From Octopus sinensis (Eukaryota): a stretch of 61,706 nucleotides of DNA. The notes under the pieces are model-generated. The model saw only the letters and a list, made by a program, of their open reading frames with translations. It was not told the DNA's origin and ran no database searches. How positions within the stretch are numbered: the first letter of the stretch is position 1; each line of letters starts with the position of its first letter. Positions 14,320 through 26,539 of the stretch are shown in pieces. Both the position numbers and the translations under genes were made by a program. The stretch lies in assembly GCF_006345805.1 (NCBI RefSeq), contig NW_021824655.1:1-61706 (forward strand), written 5' to 3'.

Positions 14320-14472
14320 GACTTCAGATATAAATCATGCCCCCTCATTGATATGACGGTCCCAATCGATATAAATGTATTTGTGAAGACCTACCAAAAA
14401 CTGAGCAAGTATAAAGATCTTGAAATAGAAATTGGTACAACGTGGAACCTGAAGATTATAACAGTTCTGTAG
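14320..14472 (+). mobile_element. R4/Dong-clade LINE fragment (RLE active-site region) next to (TAA)n
   Basis: LIDMTVPIDINVFVKTYQKLSKYKDLEIEIGTTWNLK: ID-x-x-VP-x-D and KLxKYKDLxIEI motifs. Confidence 0.8.
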
Positions 14473-14473
14473 G

Positions 14474-14789
14474 ATTTTACTCGTTCGAGAAAGTACTTCT
14501 TGATATACCAAACATTTCGGCTGTTTTCGTTACGCTAGCACCTGCAATACGAGCACCAACAATTTGACCTCTTTGAACGTCCGATAGATCTGTCATTTAA
14601 TGAATTTTATTTACCCTTTTCTAATGATATCTGAAAAGAAAAGTTAATTTTAGCAAAATATATTAAGCAATACTAGTAATAAATAAATAGAAAAACATAA
14701 AAACAAGCAAGATTTTGATGGTTTTATAGATATCGCAAAATTATGATGCTATGATGCTAGGTGTTTTTTATTATTTTGTCCAACCCCTG
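14474..14789 (-). mobile_element. Tc1 transposon 5' end (TIR + transposase N-terminus, ATG at 14596)
   Basis: TA + TIR caggggttggacaaaataata; translation MTDLSDVQRGQIVGARIAGASVTKTAEMFGISRSTFS is a Tc1 paired-like HTH. Confidence 0.85.
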
Positions 14790-15077
14790 TATATACTGAA
14801 AGCAGTCTGTCGTAATATATGTGTGTGTGTGAGGTTGTGTGTTTTTGTGCGTACGTGCTTGTGTTTGTGTGAGTGGGTTAGGATGTGTGTGTGTGTGTGT
14901 GTGTGTGTTTACGTTTACGTAACTTAGCGATTCGGCAAATGAGATCGATAGAATTAATAACAGGCTTTAGAAAGTACTGGGGTCTACTCCTTCGACTAGA
15001 ATTCTTCAAGGTGGTGCTACACCATGGCCACGGTCTACGGAGTAAAACAAGGAAAATAATAAAAGAATATGTACATA

Positions 15078-15469
15078 GGCGCAGGAGTGGCTCTGAGGTA
15101 AGTAGCTTACTTACCAACTTTCCGGGTTCAGTCCCACAGCGTGGCACCTTGTGCAAGTGTCTTCTACTATAGCCTCGGGTCGAGCAAAGCCTTGTGAGTG
15201 GATTTGGTAGACGGAAACTGAAAGAAGCCCGTCGTATATATGTATATGTATGTGTGTGTGTTTGTGTGTCTGTGTTTGTCCCCCCCCCAACATCACTTGA
15301 CAACCGATGCTGGTGCGTTTATGTCCCTGTAACTTAGCGGTTCGGCAAGAAGAGACCGATAGAATAAGTACCAGGCTTACAAAGAATATGTCCTGGGGTC
15401 GATTTGGTCGACTAAAGGCGGTGTTCTAGCATGGCCGCAGTCAAATGACTGAAACAAGTAAAAGAGAGA

Positions 15470-15470
<1 letters not shown>
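15078..15470 (+). mobile_element. SINE family A, full length; a second 3'-half copy lies at ~14905-15066
   Basis: ggcgcaggagtggctctgaggtaag...cagtcccacagcgtggcaccttg...gcagtcaaatgactgaaacaagtaaaagag. Confidence 0.88.
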
Positions 15471-15510
<40 letters not shown>

Positions 15511-16997
15511 GTGTGTGTGTGTGTGTGTGGTGTGTGAGTGTGTGTGTGTAAGTATATATATATAAATACATATAGACGCACATATATCAGTGTATGTGTA
15601 TGTACATGTATGCACAGAAAAGAAGAGAAGGATGGAGTGAGGGTATGAGTGAGAATGTGAATAATTAGCGAAGGACAGAGAGAATGAGAGAATAAGCGAG
15701 AATATAATGTGGAACGTAATCTTTGTTCTGGCGATTTACCAAAGCAGCAAAAGCTGTGTGTCACCATAGTTGTTATGCAACAGTTAATATCATTGACAGA
15801 ACTTGGCACATGACAGTATTATTGTAGGCTTGGTAATGAGCCAGCCATTGGAAAATGTCTACCGTTCACACAATCAGTTCCCTTTCCTTTACGAAAAGGA
15901 GTGAAATATAAGTAGATGCAGCGAAATTGAATAAACCTTCTTTCCAGCAGTGAGACGTCGTTGTTCAGTTTTGCCAGTTTAATTCTCTAACCGTTAATAA
16001 CGTGTCTTTAAAGTGATTGTCGTTCGTATTAAGAATTTGATGTCTTATTTGAAATCAATGGAAAGGAAAAGGTGAAGTGATGTTCTTCGAATTTACAGTT
16101 CCCTTAAGAATGTTTAATATATTTTTAAATGCTTTATTTATCTCGACTAAGTGTGACGAATGATCAGTCACACACTTGGCCGACTTTGATGGGATTGCTG
16201 TCTACCCACTGGCGCCTTCTTTTAGATCCGCATATTGCTTTGACTTGATAACGTAAGAAATAATCAGTCAACTGCTTCGACGGTTCGTGTCCTTACACGA
16301 AACTATATTATCTCCTCTTCCCTTAGGGGCCAAAATACTTACCCCACAAAGGATCAATACAGTCTAGTTGCTAGTCAGTTCGGAAAATTATTCATTAACC
16401 CTTTACCAGTCCTGTGTGTCACATCTGATACGCAGGATATATTTCCCTTTTCTGCAATGCATAGTATATATTACTCATTACCAATTTCCTTTCAACCACC
16501 AGAATAAAACCGGACTTTTCAAAGTAAAAGTTTATATTACTTAAAACATACAAAACAAGGAGAAACGAAAAGTCTGAAAATAAGCTTGGACATTTAGGAG
16601 AAACTTATGTGGGTTGTGTGGTAGGAACATTGCCTCTGGTTTCAGTACCACTGCGGTATTCCTTATCTTCTAATATAGCTGCACCCCGGCCAAGACCATT
16701 GCATTTGGGAAACGGAAACAGAAAGGAGTCCGTATACGTGTATGTTTGTGTATTTTTCTGTTTGTATTTGTCACAGTTCGACAAGCGATATTGGGCAAAA
16801 GAGTGAAATGGAATAAATGCCAGACTCAAAACATAAAGTACTGGAGTCGATTCGTTCGACTAAAATTCTTCAAGGCTGTATACCAGCATGCTCGGAATCC
16901 AATAACTGAGAGAAGTAAAATAAATAATAATATATCTTTTATATAAAATATATATTATTATGTCCTATTAAATATATATATATATATATAAGTATAT

Positions 16998-17161
16998 CAT
17001 CCTTATTTTCCTCTTGGACATTCCTCTGTCTCCTGTTTCTGAAAAAGAGGTTTGCTCGAAACGTTAAACCACCTTTCTTTCCTTCCCTGAGCTTCTGTCA
17101 ATACTTTGCATGTACCACGGCCTAGCGTTCCTATGTTTTCTTCTTCTTGTGTTTTTCGCTC

Positions 17162-17163
<2 letters not shown>
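16998..17163 (+). mobile_element. Penelope-like 3' terminal remnant with a degenerate hammerhead motif at 17035-17069
   Basis: GTTT-CTGAAAA-A-GAGgtttgCTC-GAAACGTT-AAAC; related layout to 48746-48783; flanked by (TA)n. Confidence 0.55.
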
Positions 17164-17201
<38 letters not shown>

Positions 17202-17437
17202 CAGACGATGGGCTTCTTTTAACGTCCGTCTACCAAATCCCATCACGAGGCTTTGGTCGACCAAAGGCTATAGTAGAAGACACTTGCCCAAGGTGCCTCG
17301 TGGCTTCAGGTTTTGCATGATGTATTTTTTGATGTTGTATATATCAGAAAGAAAATCTTATTTTCCGAGTCCTGTATTCTGAGTTCAGTTTTCGAACATG
17401 CGTGCGTCTGTGTATATTTGTTTATTTTAATGTGTGA

Positions 17438-17525
<88 letters not shown>

Positions 17526-17652
17526 ATGTTTGTGCATAATATAGATTGGTATAAGGAAAGATTAGTTATATAGAGACAGAGAAAGCGACAGAAAGAGGGA
17601 GAGAGAGGGTAGATATATAGATAGATATACGTATGCACACAAGTATGCTTGC

Positions 17653-17708
<56 letters not shown>

Positions 17709-17712
17709 CTCA

Positions 17713-17777
<65 letters not shown>

Positions 17778-19188
17778 GTAAGCAATAATTAATCTCTGAG
17801 CGACATGTAAATAGTAGCAGCTCGACATCGTGAAATAAATTTGCCACCTAAATGTGGCTGACCCATATGGGACGATGCTACTGTAGTTTATAGCCCCAAG
17901 AAGACATCTCCTCTTGCTAAGGGAAATCATCATTCCCATCTCTAGCCTCACGTGATATACACGTACCCAGGTTTCTGAGTAGTAACCCGTCATCAACGTG
18001 TGACAATCACCAGCTAGGGATGAGAAGTGATTCCGAACGCAAAATACTGTATGCTTTTTCCAGTGACAAAATGTCGCGGGGTGTCTTCAACGCTAATTGT
18101 GTGACACCAAACAAAATAACTGCTAACTTGCTGTTGGTGTCCTATTTCCGTCACATGAAAAATGATCCTCCTCTCTCTGTTTGAAATAACTTCTCACACT
18201 CTAGTGTTATCTAATTATGTCCACCCATAACATTAACCTCCGCCATCTTAATTCCTATTTAACTAGATTCCCCACCAGCACCAACACCACACATACACAC
18301 ACACACACCCACACAAGCACACACACTCCCAGCATCCTTTGCTTGCGTCTTATTGTTCCTCCACCTCCTCCTCTTCCTCTCTCCTTTTCTGCTTCTTCTT
18401 CTTACTCCTCCTTCTCCTCCTCCTTTCCCCTTCCTTCAATTGCCAAACAAGAAAAGACGTTTGAATGAAATGAAAATTTACTCGTTATTTAGTAGACATA
18501 TTTAGCAATCAATTAGTACTGGCTGCTGTTGAAGGTTGTTGTTGTTGTTGTTGCTGCTGCTGCTTTGTAACACCGGGTCAATCACAGACAAGCAAACCTA
18601 TAACTGAAGGCGTTCCAGTTACGATCATCCTGTCATTCCCGTGTGGGAGGTGGTGGTGGTGTTAGTGGAGATGGATGTGAGCTTATGCACGCTTCAATGT
18701 ATATATATATATATATAATATATTATATATATATAATATAATATATATATATATATATATATATAATGTATATATATATATGTGTGTGTATTGTGTGTGT
18801 TTGCGTGCGTGTATATGTGATATATATAGTATATTTTGTATATATGTAAATATATATATGTGTGTATATATATACATATATATTATATATGTATAGTATA
18901 TACGTAAGTCTATATATATATATAACGGGAAACTTTATGAAAATAAATGTATATATATATATGTGTGTGTATATATATATATACATATATATCTATATGT
19001 ATATATATATATGTAAATATATATATATATGTTTATATATATGTGTGTGTATATATATACGTATGTATGTATATATATATATACATATATATACATATAC
19101 ACATACACAAACACAAACACACACACACCACACCACAACCACACACACACGCACGCACACACCACCCACACACCACACACACAACACA

Positions 19189-19233
<45 letters not shown>

Positions 19234-19263
19234 TATATATATACATGTATGTACGTATGTATA

Positions 19264-19545
19264 CGGTGCAGTGAATAAACTGTCGTCTAAATTGCACGAA
19301 AGTGAAAATAACATTAACATGTCATTTTAGCAGATATGTGTACCAAAATTACAGAAAAATATCTTGAGATAATAGAGTAAATTTATTCAACAAAATAGCC
19401 ATTGGCTTTTACCACGTCCTCCAAACGACTTCGGAATCTCCAGCAACTCTTTTGGACGGTCTCCTTAATTTAAGTTCGTGAATGCCGCCATTATTCTTGT
19501 CTTCAGATCACCTTTGGTGTTGTAAGGAGTTTTTTCTCTGTTTTC
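19264..19545 (-). mobile_element. Tc1/mariner-superfamily transposon 3' end (transposase C-terminus + TIR)
   Basis: Minus translation TPYNTKGDLKTRIMAAFTNLN/ETVQKSCWRFRSRLEDVVKANGYFVE* (stop 19383-19385); terminus TA|CGGTGCAGTGAATAAACTG. Confidence 0.8.
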
Positions 19546-19852
19546 TCACTTACCTGAGAGGGAGAGAGAACGAGAGAGGGGAGTGAGAGTGATGAGTGAG
19601 AGAGGAGAGAGAGAGAGAGAGAGAGAAATAAGGGAATACAGGAGAAAGAACGAAAAGGAGGCGAGTGCGGGGGCGTATTCAAGGAAAGAAAGAAGAAAGG
19701 AAGGAAGGAAGGAAGAAAGACAGAAAGAGAGGGAAGAATAAAGAGAGATAAAGAAGAAAAAAGAAAAAGAGGGGAAATGCAGGAATCTAGAAAAGAAAGA
19801 CCAAGGGAAAAAGGAGAAAAAGAATGTTATAGATAGATTGATAGATAGATAG

Positions 19853-19909
<57 letters not shown>

Positions 19910-20174
19910 AACGGAAAAGTGTGATGGTCTGGCAAGTTTTGTGGTGTGTTGTAAAGTTGTGAGTCTTGAGAAATGGTAAAATTGCCAAAGAATGACTCGA
20001 CTAAAGCGACATCGGTTACAATGAACAGCAGCAACAACAAAACAACAACAACAACAACAACAACAATTACAACAAGAAGCTAAAAAGTTAGCAACAGCAC
20101 CAGGAAGAACACTACTAACAGAAACAATAGCAACAACAACTACAATAATAGTGACCCTTTCTGAAATAGGCACA

Positions 20175-20325
20175 AGATCTGAAATTTTGCGGGGGAGGGG
20201 ACTATTCGAGTGCAATGACCCCAGTACTTCACTGGTACTTAACTCATCGACCCCGAAAGGATGAAAGTCGAAGTCGACCTCGGCTGGATTTGAACTCAGA
20301 ACATAAAGACAGACGAAATGCCGCC
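20175..20325 (-). mobile_element. SINE family B
   Basis: rc ggcggcatttcgtctgtctttatgttctgagttcaaatccagccgaggtcgacttcgactttcatcctttcggggtcgatgag. Confidence 0.8.
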
Positions 20326-20389
20326 TGGTACCTGGAATTTCGTGAGGCACTCACAACCCTCTACTAATCGGGCAATGAGGTCGGTGGAT

Positions 20390-21253
20390 GTTCCGCTTTA
20401 GAAATTTATTGAGGATTAGTGGCGCTGATGTACGACTACGTTCTCGGGGAGACTCTGGGTGTCGAAGAAAATGAACTGTCAATCTGTTCCGGAGGACGTT
20501 CCGGTAAGGAACCATCATGGATAATTTCCAAATGTCCTTGGTTTAACAGCGCTACCGGGTAGTGGGGGTGCTACCGGTCCGAGATAAACTCTACAGGCAC
20601 GGATGTGCTATCAGACGGACTTGTCCGACGTGCGCTCAGAGTGACGAAATCGTTCTGCACGCACTCTGTCAGTGTCCGGGCATTGTGTGGTTATGTTGAA
20701 CAGCTGCTGCCACGTCGCGATGTCTGCACCGCCTACCTTCTTCAATCGGGCTGGCAAGGTAGTTTTCCTTTGCCTGGTGGCTGTGGCGAAATAGGTTGTT
20801 TGGTGGACAAGGCCGAAAAGCATGAGGACGGATATATTCCTCGTTGGTAGAGCTCTCATTGACCTCTTCGAGGAAATTAAGACTGGAAAGTGAGAGTGAA
20901 GAGCTGTCCTCGAGTGAGCTTATTGAAAGATGAGTGAAAGTTGCGAAAATGGCAAGGGTAGATGATACCTCTCTCAGTGTAGACCTGTAAGTGCGAGAGA
21001 AGGAGCCGGAGAGGGCACTTGTTCTTCGGATTTTGGGAAATCTCGGACAGTGGGATTCTTCAATTTTCCTTCGTGGTTCTCTTGCCTTTTTTAGACCTTT
21101 CTATGTTAAGTATGTGTCCCTTCTTTATCTCTGTATACCGTGTATATTTAACTTTTTATCATTTCAGTGTATGTAACCCCACAGTATTTTATGTCTGTCT
21201 TTGTATTGTCCATCTCACCTTCGCCCTTGTGGCAATTAAATAAAATCATCATT
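20390..21253 (+). mobile_element. 5'-truncated Tx1/L1-clade LINE (ORF2 C-terminal zinc knuckle + 3' UTR)
   Basis: LPVRDKLYRHGCAIRRTCPTCAQSDEIVLHALCQCP contains CX2CX8HX4C (20622-20675) preceded by the LPVRDKL motif typical of Tx1/L1 zf-RVT. A pyrimidine-rich 3' UTR ends in aaataaaatcatcatt. Confidence 0.8.
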
Positions 21254-21351
21254 ACAGCACAGGTTCCCGTCCGATCACCGAAGGTAAGCAACGTCGGGCT
21301 TAGTCAGTACTTAGATGGGTGACCGCTTGGGAAACCTAGGTGCTCTAAGCG
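21254..21351 (+). pseudogene. 5S rRNA: 5S rRNA gene fragment lacking the first ~20 nt
   Basis: gcacaggttcccgtccgatcaccgaaggtaagcaacgtcgggcttagtcagtacttagatgggtgaccgcttgggaaacctaggtgctctaagc aligns with metazoan 5S rRNA, including A-box and C-box regions. Confidence 0.9.
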
Positions 21352-21365
21352 TCACACATTATATA

Positions 21366-21768
21366 GGAGTAGCTGTGTGGTAAGTAGTTTGCTTACCAAC
21401 CATATGCTTCCGGGTTCAGTCCCACTGCGTGGAACCTTGGGCAAGTCTCTTCTACTATAGCCTCTGGCCGACCAAAGCCTTGGGAGTGGATTTGGTAGAA
21501 GGAAACAGAAAGAAGCTCGTCGTACATATGTATATGTATATATGTATGTGTGCGTTTATGTGTCTGTGTTTGTCCCCCCCCCCAACATCGCTTGACAACC
21601 GATGCTGGTGTGTTTATGTCCCCGTAACATAGCGGTTCTGCAAAAAGACACCGATAGAATAAGTACTAGGCTTACTAAGAATAAATGCTGGGGTCGATTT
21701 CCTCGACTAAAGGCGGTGCTCCAGCATGTCCGCAGTCAAATGACTGAAACAAATAAAAGAGTAAAAGA

Positions 21769-21770
<2 letters not shown>
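21366..21770 (+). mobile_element. SINE family A
   Basis: ggagtagctgtgtggtaagtag...cagtcccactgcgtggaacc...gcagtcaaatgactgaaacaaataaaagagtaaaagag. Confidence 0.88.
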
Positions 21771-21820
<50 letters not shown>

Positions 21821-21999
21821 TAATAATAATAATAATTACAAAAATGGAAACAATCGCAGTAGCGTGAACAACAACAATAACAGCTACAACAACTAATAGT
21901 AATAGAAATGACAGCGAGGACAATAGCAACTGCAACAGCAGCCACAACAATAACAACGGAAAGCATAACAACACCATTGACAACAATCACAACGGCAAC

Positions 22000-23080
22000 A
22001 AGGATAAGTGAAGAAGGCACACTAGAAACAACAGCATTAGCATCATCATTATCGAAAGAGATGAGATGAAAGAAATAGAGATAGAGAGAGAGGATGGCGG
22101 TAGAATGGAGCCGGACGTGTTAAGGGGTGAGCTGGCTTGGGGTTTAGATGATTGTGAGTTGGGGTGGGGGGTGGATTTGACGGAGCGCGAAACGAAGAAG
22201 GAGGAATGGGCGTGAAGCGGGTGTGAGGGGAGAGTGAGGGAGGGAGGGAGGTGGGGGGTGAAGGATAAGGAATGAAAGAAAAATAAAATGAGGATGGAGA
22301 GATGAAATATAATGAAATAGAAAGGATTGGGTGACGGGGGGATTTGTATAGGAAAGAAAAAATGAAGCGAAAGGGAGGGAGAAAACAAAAGGGTGTGTTT
22401 AGGTGGAGGGTGAGGGGAAGGAAAAAGAGAATGAGGAAGAGATGTGGAAGAAGGACGAAGAAGAAGAAGAAGAAGAAGAAGAAGAAGAAAAAAGAGGAAG
22501 AAGAAGAAAAAAGGAAGAAGAAGGGGAGGAGGAGGGAAAGATGAATAAGAAGGGAGGTAGAAGACGAAGAAGAAAAAAGGTGATGATGATGATGAAAATG
22601 ATGACGACAACGCGATGATATTTATTACATGAAGAAGGAGGAGGAGAAGAAGAAGAAGAAAAAGAAGAAGAAGAAGAAGAAGATGATGAAGAAGAAGAAG
22701 AAGAAGAAGAAGAAGAAGAAGAAGAAGAAGAAGAAGAAGAAGAGAAACAAGAAGAACAAGAACAAGAACAAGAACAAGAACGAGAACAACAACAACAACA
22801 ACAACAACATACAGAAAGAACGAAAGAAGTAAGAAGAAACGAAAAATAAGAAAGGAAGACGACGGAGGAAGAAGGGAGGAAAGAGAAAAGAGGAGGAAAG
22901 AAAGAAAGGGAGGAGCAGGGACAAAAAAGGGAGGGAAGAAAGAAAGAAAACGGAGGAAGAGGAAGGATGAAAGAAAGACAGAAAGAAGAAAAGAAAGAAA
23001 GAAGGAAAACAAGGAGGAAAGAAGGAAGGAATGAAAGAAAGGAGGAGGAGGCAGTTAAGAATGACGAAGAAAGAATGTAT
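22000..23080 (+). repeat. ~1-kb purine-rich (GA/GAA/GGA) low-complexity tract
   Basis: Long (GAA)n runs at ~22460-22510 and ~22630-22745 within an almost C/T-depleted strand. Confidence 0.9.
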
Positions 23081-24232
23081 GTGTGTGTGGTGTGTGTGGT
23101 GAGATGGTGTTGTTGGTGGTAGTGGTTAGGTTTGGTGCGATGGTGTATTTTAACAAGTAATCTCAGCAGAGAGGCGGCTTTGAAACATTTAATTTGGGAA
23201 GCAAAGGGATTAGATTGTTTGACATTAAGGCACCAATTGGAGATTTATTTCCTAATTATGACCAGTTTTTCGCCTCCAAATCGATTCTAGTTTTGGCGAG
23301 ATAAGTTTCTGAATAATTTTGTCCGCCAGATTAGATAAAGAGATGAAGGCATTGAATAAAACTCGAGTTTGCTGTTCGCTATTCAAGACTAGATCGAGTC
23401 GTGTGTTTCTCTTGCTAACAAATTTCACGGCCCAACTAGGCCCGACAAATTAGATCTGTTTTATAGTGTGTGCTTGCAGTGGTAAGGGGCCTGGCGGTGA
23501 TGGGGCTGCGTGTAGTGATAGCAGTGGTAGGTTTTGGGGGCAGTGTGGGCAGCAATGTGGCTGTGATTGTGGTAGCTTTTTGAGGTGGTAGTAGTGACAG
23601 TAGTGGTTTGTTGTTGTTGTTGGTGGTGATGGTGGCGTGGTTCCTGTTGTTATTGGTGTCATGGTTGTGGTTATAGCAGGTGGTGGTAGTAGTGGTGGAT
23701 GTGGTCATGGTTGTAGTTGCTGCTGACTGTTGTAATTGGTGGTGGTGGTGGTTGTGGTGATGGTGGTGATGGTGTTGGTGGCCATGAACTTTCTGAGATT
23801 GTGGTGGTGGTGACAGTGGTGATGATGGTAGTAGTGGTGATGGTAGTAGTGGTGATGATGGTGAAGATGGTGGGGTTACCGTAGTGGTGATCGTAGTGGT
23901 GGTGGTGTCAGTGGTAGTGCTAGTGGTAATTGGTGTTATAGTTGCTGTCGTTGTTGTTGTTGTTGGTGGTGGTGGTGGTGGTAGTGGTGGTGGTGGTGGT
24001 AGTGGTGGTGGTCGGTGGTGTTGCAGAGTTATTGGCATTGTAGTAGTAACAATAGTTGTTATTGTTGTTGGTAGTGGTGGTGGTGTTGGTGGATTGTCTA
24101 GTTTGTTGTTACATGTGAAGGCGGCGGCGGCGGTGGTGGTGGAAGTGGTGGGAGGTAGTGTTTTGAAACACGAAGTAGGGAGAAGGAAGAGGATATATTG
24201 CATACATGCTTCTATTGAATAAAACTGTTGGA

Positions 24233-24272
<40 letters not shown>

Positions 24273-24645
24273 GAGAGAGAGAGGAGAGGAGAGAGAGAGA
24301 GGAGAGTGAGGGAGAGAGAGAGTGATAATACGATATAATGACAACTGTTTATAAGGTGGAGGGAGGTGAATTGAAGTAAATGGTTTAATTGAAGTGGTGG
24401 TGGGAGGGTGTTGATGGTAGTGGTGGTAGTAATGGTTGCGGTCGTGGTCGTAATGCACATGTTGGTATTGCAGTGTGTACATGTGCGAATGTGTATGTTT
24501 TGTGCATTCGGTATGCCCTATTTTATGAATGTGTGTGCGTATATGTGCACATATATGTATATATATGTGTGTGTATACATAAAAATGTATTGTGTACATA
24601 TATATATATATATGTATATACAAATACATACATACATATATAATG

Positions 24646-24711
<66 letters not shown>

Positions 24712-24739
24712 CCATAAATATTTATATTATGTGTGTGTA

Positions 24740-24892
24740 TACAGGAGAAATTCACAAAAACAGAACAAAAAGATGAAGACAGGTGGCATAGACAACAAAC
24801 AGATGTATTAGTATAACGCTCGGGAAGTGAAAAAGTCTTTAACGTTTCGAGTATACGCTCTTCCACAGAAAGGAACACAGAAAGAAACAAGG
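24740..24892 (-). mobile_element. Penelope-like 3' terminal remnant with a hammerhead-like motif at 24836-24873
   Basis: rc ctgtggaagagcgtatactcgaaacgttaaagactttttcacttcccgagcgttatactaatac is homologous to 48751-48880 and 32418-32560. Confidence 0.75.
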
Positions 24893-24937
24893 AACATACA
24901 TACGTACATACATACATACATACATACATACATACAT

Positions 24938-24990
<53 letters not shown>

Positions 24991-25062
24991 AGTACATATT
25001 ATATATATATATATTATATTATAAGTACATATATATAATACAGAGAGAGAGAGACAAAGGTC

Positions 25063-25101
<39 letters not shown>

Positions 25102-25857
25102 TAGATAGATAGATAGATAGATAGAGTAGATAGATACAAACATAGATACAAGAGGATAGATACATACCACCAACATACATACATATATACATATATACAT
25201 AACTATATACATGTATACATACATACAAATAGATGGAGAGACAATATGGGCGCGTGGGTAGAGAGTGGGGTAGATTGTGCAGTCCCTTTTTAGTTTAGTC
25301 CCAGATTCAAAATTTATGATCAAAATCAGTGAAACTAATTATATTCCAGTTCCTGTTATATTTGCTTCTACGCAGGGGACACATTATGAAACCCGACCAT
25401 CTTTTACGAAGAAGGTGTGGTGATACGTGAGAGAGCTTTCGCTGCTATTTCTATCAGCCTAGAGAAAACATACAGAAAATATGTGCGAGGGTTTTATACA
25501 TTGGGATTGACAGAGGGACCGCATTGTTTTACAATAAACATAGAAGAACATAAAAATATGACGTTGTTACATTTCCGCCATTTTGAAGTAGTTTCTGCGC
25601 AGGTAGGATTTCTTAGATTAGCTTAAACGTTTCCGGTTTACAGGGGAGATAACTTGATATGAGGACTGTGAATGCTTGTAGACATCGGGAAACAAGTCTG
25701 TATTGTTTCTGTTGATATTTGTGTTTATTCCAAGATCAACATTCATTGAACAAATCCGCGATCGACAATATTTCAATAATGGCTACCTCGACGTTTTGCG
25801 GATAACTAGGACTTCATTTTTTATCCAATGTATTTCAGTTTTTGCTTGTTGAATTGG

Positions 25858-25992
25858 CGCAGAAGCGGCTGTGTGGCAAACAGCTTGCTTACCAACCATA
25901 TGGTTCTGAGTTCAATCCTACTGTATGGGATTATTATAGCCACGGGCGGACCAAAGCCTAGTGAGTGGATTTGGTAGGCGGAAACTGAAAGA

Positions 25993-26044
<52 letters not shown>

Positions 26045-26185
26045 CTATGTGTGCGTGTGTATATGTCTGTGAGTTTGTACTTGTCTCCCGACATCGCTTG
26101 ACAACCAATGATGGCGTGCTTACGTTCCTGTAACTTAGCGGTTTGGCAAAAAGCTACCGATAGACTAAGTACTAGGCTTACAAAT
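25858..26185 (+). mobile_element. SINE family A, partly deleted
   Basis: gcggctgtgtggcaaacagcttgcttaccaacc...gagtggatttggtaggcggaaactgaaag...gtaacttagcggtttggcaaa. Confidence 0.8.
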
Positions 26186-26258
26186 ATTGCCCCGGTCTTC
26201 TCTTCACCCAGGACTGCAGCTACGTCAAGGAGACGAGCTGCTGCAAGACAAGCCTAAC

Positions 26259-26323
<65 letters not shown>

Positions 26324-26539
26324 AATAATGATAATGATAATGTTAATGATAATGGATTTAAATTTTGGCACAATGACAGCAGTTTTAGACGATTACATAA
26401 ATTCTAGTAATTCAGTAGTTCTTTATTCTATCCACCCGGAAAAGAAGATAGGGAAACTTGAACTGGGTACCACAATTCAACTGTCAACGTAAAGCACCGG
26501 AAGAAGTACCACTAACTGAACTGTCCAGTCTCTTAAAGA

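Noticed and set aside
19548-19556. Perfect CAG|GTAAGT splice donor on the minus strand
   Set aside because: Sits between a CT microsatellite and a mariner remnant with no plausible exon upstream.
21987-23012. 341-aa F/L/S-rich ORF on the minus strand
   Set aside because: Reverse translation of a GA/GAA purine tract.
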